A stretch of 61,009 nt of DNA, taken from positions 1 to 61,009 of the forward strand of contig JAPPQA010000027.1 of NCBI GenBank assembly GCA_028817255.1, given 5' to 3'. Under the pieces are notes generated by a model. The model searched no databases. It saw only the letters and a list, made by a program, of their open reading frames with translations, and was not told where the DNA came from. Of this stretch, positions 1 to 8,792 are shown one piece after another (position 1 is the first letter of the stretch; every line of letters begins with the position of its first letter). A program made the translations under genes and the position numbers. Origin of the DNA: Gammaproteobacteria bacterium. Lineage in GTDB: Bacteria > Pseudomonadota > Gammaproteobacteria > Porifericomitales > Porifericomitaceae.

Positions 1-425
1 TGCGTATCGGTTGCTGACCTCCGTTTCTGCGTTTCGAAGTGAGGCAGGTCCCCGAGGCAGTGCGTCGCTCCCTGGTCGCAGCTCTGCAATGAATCGGGCA
101 GGGTGCCGGCTCCCGGAAGAAGGCTCGGGCAGCATGCTAGGAAAATATTTAGAAAAAACATGCACTTATATGGAATCTCGCAGACTATCTTACACCTCAA
201 CGTTCGTGGCGTACTTGTTAAGTATCCGGACATCGGCATGTTACGTAAAGATGTTGCGCCGCATCGCGTATCGCAAGGATTATGGGATGGAGCTCGCGGG
301 ACGCAATGTTGCTCGGGTTCCGGTACGGTTCCCTTGAACGCGGAAGTCAATTGATTAACAATATAGCGCTTGTCAGTCCTTCATGGGGAGGGCTCGCTCG
401 GAGAACGAACACGAGGACCAGAGTT

Positions 426-842
426 ATGAAGTCGAATCAGTTCACAGCCGCCTTTTTGCTTGCTTGTTTCTTTTCTTCCGCGGCGTACGCCGAGGAACAT
501 GTTGTGAACGCACAGGCCACCAAATTCCATCCTGTCGTCGTATTTGCCAAGCCAGGGGATTCTATCGTCTGGAAAAATATGAGTGGACACGACGCGCAGT
601 CCATGGAGTCGCTTATACCTGAAGGGGCTGAGCATTGGCACGTGCCCATGGGCAGCGACGGGTCGGTTGTCCTGGACGTGGAAGGGGTATATGTTTACAA
701 GTGCACCCCCCACTTTGCCTTGGGAATGGTGGGCGGCATCGTAGTGGGCGAACCGAGTAACATGGAACAGGTGGAGGCGCATGCCAAGGGGATGGCCAAA
801 CGGGCGGTGATTAAGATGAAGAAGGCCATTGCCGCAAGATAA
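426..842 (+). CDS. pseudoazurin-type blue copper protein (cupredoxin), secreted
   Basis: In ORF 282..842, the internal ATG at 426 gives the signal peptide MKSNQFTAAFLLACFFSSAAYA. The C-terminal type-1 copper ligand pattern YKCTPHFALGMVG (Cys-x2-His-x4-Met) is present, with an upstream His in MSGHDA. Confidence 0.85.
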   Translation: MKSNQFTAAFLLACFFSSAAYAEEHVVNAQATKFHPVVVFAKPGDSIVWKNMSGHDAQSMESLIPEGAEHWHVPMGSDGSVVLDVEGVYVYKCTPHFALGMVGGIVVGEPSNMEQVEAHAKGMAKRAVIKMKKAIAAR

Positions 843-1725
843 GCAGAAGTTCCGCAGGGGGCGGGCAGGCGCCAGCTGCCTGGTTGCGGCTTTGCTCGCG
901 CTGGCCCCGGCGCTCTTCCGCGTACCGCCCGTATGGGCCGATGTGGGCGGGCAACCGGAAGAGTTGAAGGTATGCGCCGACCCTTACAATCTGCCCTTTT
1001 CTAACAAGGAAGGGAACGGTTTCGAGAACCGGCTGGCGGAGCTATTTGCCGAGGAATTGGGGGTGTCTCTGCGTTACGAGTGGTTCCCGCAACGCAGAGG
1101 GTTCGTGCGCAATACGCTTAAATCCGAACTCTCCGATGGCGTGTACAAGTGCGACTTGATCATGGGGGTTCCGTCCGGTTTCGAGTTGGCGGCCACTACG
1201 ATCCCTTATTACCGTTCGACCTACGTGCTGATCTATGCCAGGGGGCGAGGCATGGACAAGGTGCAAACTCCCGGGGAACTGTCGGATTTGCCTCAGGAAG
1301 TGCGGCAGAATCTGCGGTTTGGAGTATTCGACCAGGGGCCAGGCCAATTGTGGGTATTCCGCGAGGGCTTCATGGCACAGGCAGTTCCTTACGTTGCACA
1401 GGCAGGCGATGCCCGTGTGACGCCAAACCAAGTGATTGACGATCTGATCAAGGGAAAAATAGACGTAACCATCATCTGGGGGCCGTTTGGCGGATACTAT
1501 GCCAAGCGTCACCGCGATGGGGAAAAATTGGTCGTATTGCCTTTGGCGGAAGAGCGAGATTCTTCACTGCCCAATCTGAGGTTTCAGTACGATATTTCCA
1601 TGGCCGTGCGTCATGGCGAAAAGGAATGGCGCGAGCGGGTCAATGGCTTTATCCGGGAAAACCGCTCCCGAATTGGCGAGGTCCTGGACGAGTTCGGGAT
1701 CCCGCGGGCAGAACTGAAGGAATGA
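829..1725 (+). CDS. MoxJ/XoxJ-like periplasmic substrate-binding protein associated with quinoprotein dehydrogenases
   Basis: The 298-aa ORF has a TTG start at 829 and an Arg-rich n-region with hydrophobic signal (CLVAALLALAPALFRVPPVWA). The mature part begins LKVCADPYNLPFSN, typical of the MoxJ/XoxJ type 2 periplasmic binding fold. The start overlaps the end of the pseudoazurin gene. Confidence 0.78.
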   Translation: MPQDKQKFRRGRAGASCLVAALLALAPALFRVPPVWADVGGQPEELKVCADPYNLPFSNKEGNGFENRLAELFAEELGVSLRYEWFPQRRGFVRNTLKSELSDGVYKCDLIMGVPSGFELAATTIPYYRSTYVLIYARGRGMDKVQTPGELSDLPQEVRQNLRFGVFDQGPGQLWVFREGFMAQAVPYVAQAGDARVTPNQVIDDLIKGKIDVTIIWGPFGGYYAKRHRDGEKLVVLPLAEERDSSLPNLRFQYDISMAVRHGEKEWRERVNGFIRENRSRIGEVLDEFGIPRAELKE

Positions 1726-2504
1726 GCCGAATCTCCTCCCCTCCGTCAGGAGTAGGGAAGCGATGGACAGAGGCGGTGGCGGCCGTATTGTCGCTCGGAA
1801 TGGCAACGACCGGCGTCGCTGGCGTTTCAGGACAGGAATCGCAGACGCAGATCGGGCGGATGGGAGACCCTGTCGGCGTCGCGCGGGAAGATCACCGCTT
1901 TTCTGAGGCTGAGACCTTGCTGTGGTTATCCGACCACATGGAAAATGTCCGCCAGCCGGTGCGACTGAATTACCGCTTCCGCAAGAGTGGCAGCTATGAA
2001 GAGGGCTTCGAGGATTTCGTACGCCTGGACGTGTTGCAGTTGCACAAGGATGGCAGCAAGACGTTGGACATTGACTTCTTTAGCAGCGAACGCAGGCAGA
2101 ACCCGATGTACGCGAGCAACCTGCGTCGGGTGCGCGGTAATCCCGTGCTCGGTCTTTTCCTGCAAGGAGACATGTACGAGATGGAGCGCCTGACGGAGGG
2201 AAGCTGGCGCCATTTTCAGCGCAGGATGAAGTTTGCCTTCGCCGCCGCGACGGTGGAGAAGATCCGGCTGCAGTACGAAGGCGACGAAGTGGAAGCGCAA
2301 CGGATTTTTATCCGTCCCTACTCGGAAGACTCGAAACGCGACCGTTACGAGATGCTGGCCGATAAAAGTTACGAGTTCGTTTTTTCCGACCGGGTGCCAG
2401 GCAAGCTGTACCAGGTTAACAGTGTCATTGCAGCCTCTGAACCGGGAGCAGAGCCTCTGATTGCCGAGACTCTCGTTTTTTCTGGCGTCGAGGAAATCCC
2501 GTAA
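1722..2504 (+). CDS. hypothetical secreted protein, translationally coupled to the MoxJ-like gene
   Basis: The ATG at 1722 overlaps the upstream TGA (ATGA). The N-terminus has a hydrophobic stretch (AVAAVLSLGMATTGVAG). I recognise no family signature. Confidence 0.5.
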   Translation: MSRISSPPSGVGKRWTEAVAAVLSLGMATTGVAGVSGQESQTQIGRMGDPVGVAREDHRFSEAETLLWLSDHMENVRQPVRLNYRFRKSGSYEEGFEDFVRLDVLQLHKDGSKTLDIDFFSSERRQNPMYASNLRRVRGNPVLGLFLQGDMYEMERLTEGSWRHFQRRMKFAFAAATVEKIRLQYEGDEVEAQRIFIRPYSEDSKRDRYEMLADKSYEFVFSDRVPGKLYQVNSVIAASEPGAEPLIAETLVFSGVEEIP

Positions 2505-2546
2505 GTCCCGTCGAGAAAGCCCTGCCAGACGCCGCTATGCCAGCCG

Positions 2547-5372
2547 TCACTGCGAAGTTGCCATAGTCGCGCGCCGCCGCCGTCGGGCCGAGGGCTGTTT
2601 TGCAGACGCAGAGGCCGGTGCAAGGTGCACGGCGCAATATTTGAACTCCGGGATCTTGCCGCTGGGATCCAATGCCGGGTTGGTCAGCATGTTGGCGGCT
2701 GCCTCGCGAAAGCAGAAGGCCATGAATACATTGCCCTGTTGCATGCCGGCATCAGCGCGGGCGATGGCTTCTATCTTTCCCCGTCGGGATTCAATGCAAA
2801 TGCGGTCGCCTGGGGCGGCGCCTATTTGCCGTAGGTCTTCGGGGTGTAAGTTGGCCACCGGTTCCGGTTCGATGGCGTTCAGCGTCCGGGAACGGCGGGT
2901 CATGCTCCCCGTATGCCAGTGTTCCAGGTAACGCCCGGTGGTGAATACCCAAGGATAATCCTCATCTGGCATTTCGTCGGCTTCCCGCTGTATGGCAGAC
3001 ACGAATTTGCCCTTGCCATTCGGTGTGGGGAAAGACTGCGAGAACAGAGTGGACTGACCGTTCTCTCCTTCCTTGCACAGAGGGTAAGTCAGGGAATCTT
3101 CTCGTTCCAGCCGTTCCCAGGTCATGCCGGCGATACTGGGAGTTACACGGCAGATCTCTTCGAATACCTGTTGCGGGCCGGTGTATTCCCAGTCCAGTCC
3201 CAAGCGCTGTGCGATTTGTTGGATGATCCACAGATCTTCACATGCCTCTCCAGGGGTCGCGATCGCCTTGCGCCCGAGCTGTACCCGGCGGTCGGTATTG
3301 GTGAAGGTGCCGGTTTTTTCCGGGAATGCGGAGGCAGGCAGGATCACGTCGGCAAATCCGGCCGTCTCTGTAAAAAAGATATCCTGTACGACCAAGTGCC
3401 GCAGCTTGCGTAACGCCTCGCGGGCGTGCTGCAGGTTCGGATCCGACATGGCCGGATTTTCTCCCATAATGTACATCCCGCGGATCTGCCCCGCGTGGGC
3501 GGCGTCCATAATCTCGACTACCGTCAGGCCGGGCTCTGAGGGTAGAGCGGCGCCCCAGTGCCGTTCGAACTTACGGCGGGTCTCTGCGTCGCCGACTAAT
3601 TGGTAGTCCGGATACATCATGGGGATTAGGCCGACATCCGACGCTCCCTGAACGTTGTTCTGGCCGCGCAACGGGTGCAAGCCGGTCCCCGCGCGGCCAA
3701 TCTGGCCGGTGAGCAGGGCAAGAGAGATCAGGCAGCGGGCGTTGTCGGTGCCGTGGATGTGTTGGGATATTCCCATGCCCCAGAAGATCATTGCCGCCGG
3801 AGCGCTGGCGTAGCAACGGGCCACCTCGTATAGCTTTTTTTCCGGGACGCCGCAGACCCGCGAGACCCGTTGGGGCGTATAGGCCTTGAGGTTGTGGGCG
3901 AATTCTTCGAAACCTGTCGTCTTTTCCCGGATGAACCGCTCGTTATGCAGTCCTTCAGCCAGCACAATGTGCATGATGCCGTTCAAGAGAGTCACGTCAG
4001 TGTCGGGGCGAAATTGCAGAAAATGGCGCGCATACCGGGCGAGGTCGGAGCGATAGGGATCGATTAAGATCAGGGTCTTGCCTGCCCTGGCGGCGTTTTT
4101 CATGAAAGTGGCGGCCACGGGGTGGTTGACCGTGGGGCGTGCCCCGATCACCAGAAGGACATCTGTTTCGGCAACGTCCGCCACGGGGTTGGAGACGGCC
4201 CCGGAACCGATGCATTCAAGCAACGCGGCCACTGAGGAAGCATGGCACAAGCGAGTGCAGTGATCGACGTTGTTGGTGCCGAGCCCCATGCGCACCAGCT
4301 TTTGGAACAGATATGCCTCTTCGTTGCTCCCCTTTGCCGAGCCGAAGCCTGCGAGCGCCTGGCCGCCGTGCTGGTCGCGGATTTCCACCAGACCGCCTGC
4401 GGCCCGGTCCAGGGCTTCTTCCCATGTGGCCTCCCGGAAGTGCTCCAATACGCGGGCAGGTGGGACAAGATCGGCAGTCTTGGCAACCCCTTGGCGCCGG
4501 ATCAGGGGGCGTATCAGCCTTTGCTCATGGTGCACGTAGTCAAAGCCGTAGCGGCCCTTAACGCACAGTCGGCCATGATTGGAGGGGCCGTCGCGCCCGG
4601 AGACGCGCAGGATGCGGTCTTCGCGGACATGGTAGCGCAACAGGCAACCGACGCCGCAGTAAGGGCAGACGGAGTCCACCTTACGCTCCTCTTGTTGCTT
4701 GGCTTCTTTACCGGCCGGCATCAGGGCGCCGGTGGGACAGGCCTGCACGCACTCGCCGCAACTGACGCAAGTGCTTTTTCCCATGGCATCGCGCATATCG
4801 AACACGATCTCGGAGCGTTCGCCGCGAAAGGCATAGCCGATTACGTCGTTTGCCTGTTCCTCGCGGCAGGCACGCACGCACCGGTTGCATTGGATACAGA
4901 CATCCAGATTCACCTCGATAGCCGGGTTGCTGACGTCGGCGGCAGGGGACTGCTGGCGCCCCGGGAAACGGGGGTGGCTCACTCCCAATCGTTCCGCCCA
5001 GTAATCAAGCTCAGAGTCCCGGGTGTAGGGAGAACGCCCTTGTTCCGGCATGTCGGAGAGCAGAAGCTCCAGCACCAGCCTCCGGGAGTGGAGGCTGCGC
5101 TCGCTGTCGCCGCGCACTTTCATGCCTTCCGTCGGGCGCCGCCAACAGGAGGGGGCCAGCACCCGCTCTCCTTCGATCTCTACTACGCAGGCCCGGCAAT
5201 TGCCGTCTGGTCGGTAGCCCTCTTGGTAGCACAGTTTCGGGATATGGAAGCCGGCGCGACGGGCGGCCTGCAGGATCGTGTCGTTGGGTGCCGCGCGCAC
5301 CGGCTTGCCGTCGTACATGAACGAGACGGTCCCTTGCTGTCGCAGGCCTTCGGTATCAGCGGGTTTTGCCAT
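2547..5372 (-). CDS. fdsA: NAD-linked formate dehydrogenase, catalytic alpha subunit (molybdopterin/tungstopterin, Fdh1A/FdsA type)
   Basis: The 941-aa ORF has an N-terminal 2Fe-2S segment (CYQEGYRPDGNCRACVVEIEG) and several 4Fe-4S Cys clusters (CIQCNRCVRAC, CVSCGECVQACP). It also has an MopB-type catalytic domain (VCPYCGVGC ... NNVDHCTRLCHASS). The active-site position is Cys, with no in-frame TGA. Confidence 0.9.
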   Translation of the reverse strand: MAKPADTEGLRQQGTVSFMYDGKPVRAAPNDTILQAARRAGFHIPKLCYQEGYRPDGNCRACVVEIEGERVLAPSCWRRPTEGMKVRGDSERSLHSRRLVLELLLSDMPEQGRSPYTRDSELDYWAERLGVSHPRFPGRQQSPAADVSNPAIEVNLDVCIQCNRCVRACREEQANDVIGYAFRGERSEIVFDMRDAMGKSTCVSCGECVQACPTGALMPAGKEAKQQEERKVDSVCPYCGVGCLLRYHVREDRILRVSGRDGPSNHGRLCVKGRYGFDYVHHEQRLIRPLIRRQGVAKTADLVPPARVLEHFREATWEEALDRAAGGLVEIRDQHGGQALAGFGSAKGSNEEAYLFQKLVRMGLGTNNVDHCTRLCHASSVAALLECIGSGAVSNPVADVAETDVLLVIGARPTVNHPVAATFMKNAARAGKTLILIDPYRSDLARYARHFLQFRPDTDVTLLNGIMHIVLAEGLHNERFIREKTTGFEEFAHNLKAYTPQRVSRVCGVPEKKLYEVARCYASAPAAMIFWGMGISQHIHGTDNARCLISLALLTGQIGRAGTGLHPLRGQNNVQGASDVGLIPMMYPDYQLVGDAETRRKFERHWGAALPSEPGLTVVEIMDAAHAGQIRGMYIMGENPAMSDPNLQHAREALRKLRHLVVQDIFFTETAGFADVILPASAFPEKTGTFTNTDRRVQLGRKAIATPGEACEDLWIIQQIAQRLGLDWEYTGPQQVFEEICRVTPSIAGMTWERLEREDSLTYPLCKEGENGQSTLFSQSFPTPNGKGKFVSAIQREADEMPDEDYPWVFTTGRYLEHWHTGSMTRRSRTLNAIEPEPVANLHPEDLRQIGAAPGDRICIESRRGKIEAIARADAGMQQGNVFMAFCFREAAANMLTNPALDPSGKIPEFKYCAVHLAPASASAKQPSARRRRRATMATSQ

Positions 5373-7077
5373 TAGATAACTCCTGAGGGAAATATCGCAT
5401 TACGGACAGCATAGGGTTGGGCGCCGCCTGGCCTAAACCGCAGATCGAGGCATCGCTCATTACCTGCGCCAGTTCTTTTAACAGGGGCTGGTTCCATAGT
5501 GGCGCTGACATCAGCCGCGCTGCCTTGGCCGCTCCCGCGCGGCATGGCGTGCATTGGCCGCAGGACTCGTGCTCGAAGAAGCGCATAGAGTTCAATGCCG
5601 CGTCGCGGGCCCGGTCTTGCTGGGACAGGACGATAATTGCCGCGGAACCAATAAAACAGCCGTATTCCTGCAAGGTGTCGAAGTCCAGCGGCAGATCGCC
5701 TAGCGAGGCGGGCAGGATGCCCCCCGAGGCGCCGCCGGGAAAATAGCCGTAGAACTCGTGGCCGGGCAACATGCCGCCACAGTGCTCCGCGATCAGTTCC
5801 CGTACCGTGATCCCGGCTGGGGCGAGGTGCACGCCGGGTTGCCGTACGCGGCCACTGACCGAGAACGAGCGCAGTCCGCTACACCCCCGCCGCCCCTGGG
5901 CGGCAAACCAGGCGGCCCCACGCTCCAGGATCTCCCGCACCCAGTGCAGGCTTTCCAGGTTGTGTTCCAGTGTCGGCCGGTCAAACAATCCGCGTTCGGC
6001 CACGAAGGGTGGGCGCAACCGCGGCACCCCGCGTTTGCCCTCGATGGATTCGATCATCGCCGACTCCTCGCCACAGATGTAGGCGCCGGCGCCGCGGCGC
6101 AGGTGCAGGGTGGGCAGGGGACAAGGCGGGGCCCGTTCCAGCTCCCTCAACTCCCTTTCCAGCAGCGCCCTGCAACCGGCGTACTCGTCCCGCAGGTAGA
6201 TGTAAATATCTCTGGCTTCCACCGCCCAGGCGGCGATCAGGGCCCCTTCCAGAAACCGATGCGGATCGCGCTCCAGATAATACCGGTCTTTGAAGGTGCC
6301 GGGTTCGCCTTCATCAATGTTGACGGCAAGGTACTTCGGACGGGGCTGCGCGCGCAGGATGGACCATTTGCGCCCGACGGGGAAGCCGGCGCCACCCAGG
6401 CCGCGCAGGCCAGACTCGCTCAGTTGGCCAATGACCTGTTCCGGTTCTCGGTCGCCATCTCGGCAAGCGCGCAACAGGCGGTAGCCGCCTCCCCGGCAAT
6501 AGGCCGTGTAACCGATGCACTCGGGCCCCGTCTGTTCCAGCAGGTCACGGGTCTGCCCGGCGCGTACGGCGGCATGCACCCGTTCCGTGTCCGCCCGCTC
6601 AATGGGGTTTTGCCCGACTACAGCCACCGGGGCGCCGTGGCAACGCCCCACGCAAGGTACCGGCTGTATCCGCACCTGGCTTTCGTCCACGGTGTTACGC
6701 AGGCCGTCAATCAGTTTTTGCGCGCCGAGCATCTCGCAGGTAATCGAATCGCAGACCCGGACCGTCAGCGGCGGGATAGCCGCATCGCCCTCCCGGACCA
6801 CATCGAAGTGGTGGTAGAAGGTGGCGACCTCGTAAATTTCCGCCATGGGAAGGGACATTTCGTGGGCAAGGGCAACGAGCCAAGAGACGGGGAGACACCC
6901 TTTGGCATCCTGGACCTTGTGCAGATATTCGATAAGCAGGTCCCGGCGCCTGGGCGCCGCGCCGAGCAACTGTCGAAGTTCGGCGAGTACCGCCGGTTCG
7001 GCAGTTCGTCCTCGGATTTGGTGCTTGCGGCGTTGGCGGGAGAGATGCCCGATCCTAGCTACGGCCTGGTCCTCCAA
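5356..7077 (-). CDS. fdsB: NAD-linked formate dehydrogenase beta subunit, fused NuoE-like plus NuoF-like (Fdh1B/FdsB type)
   Basis: The 573-aa ORF has a NuoE-like 2Fe-2S module (CDSITCEMLG ... VPCVGRCHGAP). This is followed by a NuoF-like NAD/FMN module (GLRGLGGAGFPVGRKW ... NIDEGEPGTFKDR ... ESCGQCTPCR). The TTG start at 7077 is 9 nt after the fhcC stop and remains uncertain. Confidence 0.85.
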   Translation of the reverse strand: MEDQAVARIGHLSRQRRKHQIRGRTAEPAVLAELRQLLGAAPRRRDLLIEYLHKVQDAKGCLPVSWLVALAHEMSLPMAEIYEVATFYHHFDVVREGDAAIPPLTVRVCDSITCEMLGAQKLIDGLRNTVDESQVRIQPVPCVGRCHGAPVAVVGQNPIERADTERVHAAVRAGQTRDLLEQTGPECIGYTAYCRGGGYRLLRACRDGDREPEQVIGQLSESGLRGLGGAGFPVGRKWSILRAQPRPKYLAVNIDEGEPGTFKDRYYLERDPHRFLEGALIAAWAVEARDIYIYLRDEYAGCRALLERELRELERAPPCPLPTLHLRRGAGAYICGEESAMIESIEGKRGVPRLRPPFVAERGLFDRPTLEHNLESLHWVREILERGAAWFAAQGRRGCSGLRSFSVSGRVRQPGVHLAPAGITVRELIAEHCGGMLPGHEFYGYFPGGASGGILPASLGDLPLDFDTLQEYGCFIGSAAIIVLSQQDRARDAALNSMRFFEHESCGQCTPCRAGAAKAARLMSAPLWNQPLLKELAQVMSDASICGLGQAAPNPMLSVMRYFPQELSNGKTR

Positions 7078-7086
7078 AGAATATAT

Positions 7087-7908
7087 TCATGCCCGTTGTA
7101 GCGTCAGGACCTCTCCCTTGCCGCTGACTGACAGGTCGCCTGAAAATTGTTCCGCTACGATAGACAACTTGTAGAAAAATTGCAATTCTTGGCGCGAGCG
7201 GGCCAATTGTCGGAACAGCACCCGCAGCATACCGAATTCGGAGCGCCCGCTGTAGTTGAAGATGGCCGGCAACGCCGCCGGCCGGCGCGCCAGCACGAGG
7301 CTTCCCCGCCGCATTCCCAGCGCCATCCTGGGGCCAATGCGCCCCAACACAATCACGGTGCCGGCGCGCATTCGGGTGGCGCATTCCGAGGCGGCGCTTC
7401 CCTCGACCAGGATCAGGCCGCGCCGCATTGCCTCGCCGATGCGCCGGCCGGCACTCCCGCGGACGTGAATGTAGCCGGCACGCATCCCCAGGAGGTTGCC
7501 GGGCAGGGCGCCGCCCAGGGCGTCCCCAGCGTTCCCGGCAACGCGGATCTCCCCGCCGCTCATCCCGGCCCCAGCCCAGGCGGCGACGTCGCCAAGCACC
7601 TCGATGCGCCCGCCGCGCATTTCTAGGCCCAGTGCCTCGCCGGCATCGCCGCGCACTTCGATGCGCCCGCTCCTCAAACCCATGCCGAGACGGTCAAACC
7701 AGGGGCTGCCCGGGTCGAATACCAAGCTCCGCGGGCGGGAGGCGCCCTGCGCCCGGAATAGCTCTCCCAGCGGTACCTTTTCTGTGCCATACGGTAACTC
7801 CAGGCCGCGGAGCGCGGTAAGGGACAGGCCTTCCGAGAGCCCGGACGATAAGGGAGAGAGGTCCAGGGCACGTGTCAGAGGCGCCCGCAATTGCAGCACG
7901 CCGGTCAT
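7087..7908 (-). CDS. fhcC: formyltransferase/hydrolase complex subunit C (formylmethanofuran dehydrogenase subunit C homolog)
   Basis: The 273-aa ORF carries repeated G-x-x-G-x-x-M-x-G-G beta-helix repeats (MRGGRIEVLGDVAAWAGAGMSGGEIRVAGNAGDALG). Its ATG overlaps the fhcD stop (ATGA). Confidence 0.85.
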   Translation of the reverse strand: MTGVLQLRAPLTRALDLSPLSSGLSEGLSLTALRGLELPYGTEKVPLGELFRAQGASRPRSLVFDPGSPWFDRLGMGLRSGRIEVRGDAGEALGLEMRGGRIEVLGDVAAWAGAGMSGGEIRVAGNAGDALGGALPGNLLGMRAGYIHVRGSAGRRIGEAMRRGLILVEGSAASECATRMRAGTVIVLGRIGPRMALGMRRGSLVLARRPAALPAIFNYSGRSEFGMLRVLFRQLARSRQELQFFYKLSIVAEQFSGDLSVSGKGEVLTLQRA

Positions 7909-8792
7909 TGCAACAGCCGCTGCAAGGGGAAGTGGTACGGACCCAGCGAGCCGCCGTAATTGCCGGCGCCGATGCCGAGCAGGCGCCCGGTGCGGCAGGC
8001 GGCACGGATCCCTTCGCGCATTGCCTGAGCTACGGCATCCTCGCTCAGTCCGTCAATGACGACTTCCAGAACGCTGCCGACTGCAGGCGGCAGGCTGGAC
8101 TCTACCTGCCCGCGCAGGGTGGGGCAGAAGGCATGGTTGGTAGATGCCTTGAGCTGGGGATACTTCGAGCCCACCTTGGAACCGGAGCGGACGACGCCTC
8201 CGGGGAAAGGCGCGATAACCTCCGGCAGTTCGGCGATGGCAGCCGTTGCCGCTTCACAGGCCAGCAGAGCCTCGGTCGTATCCCGCGCCATCACCAGAAA
8301 GTTGCCGCCTCCTACCGCTTTGCGCATGCAGGCGTCTTCCTGGCAGAGGAACTCGCCATCCATGACTGGGATCCGCCAATAGCGGATGCCGCCGATCTGT
8401 TTGGAAGACTGGAAGCCGTCCCCGAAATAGCGCAGTTGGCGGCCGAGCGGCAGGCGTTCTCCCTCGCGCAGACCGGAGAAGCAGGCGCTGCCCGGGCTGG
8501 TGAGGACGCATTGTCCTACTCGGGTGAGCGTTTGGCGAGCCAACTCTTTCCGGCCCATCGCCAGCAAGAGCACGGCGGCGCCCGGGCGTCCATCCGGGGT
8601 TTCGCTCGCCGCGAGCTCCCGTTCGACGCCCGCCTCGCAGCCACAGCCGATGACCGAGGTGGCGAAGCCCGTAGCGGCCCGGGCCGCGTGTCGCGCCCAG
8701 CGGTGATTGCAGGCGGTCAGGATCAGCCGTGTTCCCCACATTGGGAAGGCCTCGGCAAAGGTGTCCAGGATGGGGACGCCGTGGATTTTCAT
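7905..8792 (-). CDS. fhcD: formylmethanofuran:tetrahydromethanopterin N-formyltransferase (Fhc subunit D)
   Basis: The internal ATG at 8792 (MKIHGVPILDTFAEAFPMWGTRLILTA) gives about 295 aa, the usual Ftr length. The ATG overlaps the fhcA stop (ATGA). Confidence 0.85.
   Translation of the reverse strand: MKIHGVPILDTFAEAFPMWGTRLILTACNHRWARHAARAATGFATSVIGCGCEAGVERELAASETPDGRPGAAVLLLAMGRKELARQTLTRVGQCVLTSPGSACFSGLREGERLPLGRQLRYFGDGFQSSKQIGGIRYWRIPVMDGEFLCQEDACMRKAVGGGNFLVMARDTTEALLACEAATAAIAELPEVIAPFPGGVVRSGSKVGSKYPQLKASTNHAFCPTLRGQVESSLPPAVGSVLEVVIDGLSEDAVAQAMREGIRAACRTGRLLGIGAGNYGGSLGPYHFPLQRLLQ

Noticed and set aside
207-222. A possible sigma-54 promoter, TGGCGTACTTGTTAAG, lies upstream of the pseudoazurin gene.
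   Set aside because: The -24 GG is present, but the -12 element reads TTAA instead of TTGC. No enhancer-binding context is visible, so the match is too weak to call.
5758-7101. Very long ORFs run antisense to real genes. Examples are 5758..7101 plus strand (447 aa), 8870..10375 plus strand (501 aa), 12312..13745 minus strand (477 aa), 51674..52831 minus strand (385 aa) and 57154..57882 minus strand (242 aa).
   Set aside because: Each lies opposite a gene with unmistakable family signatures (fdsB, fhcA, mptG/ATP-grasp, fabD/fabG, holB). Their translations are Arg/Pro/Ala/Gly-rich low-complexity strings. This is typical of stop-codon-poor antisense frames in GC-rich DNA.
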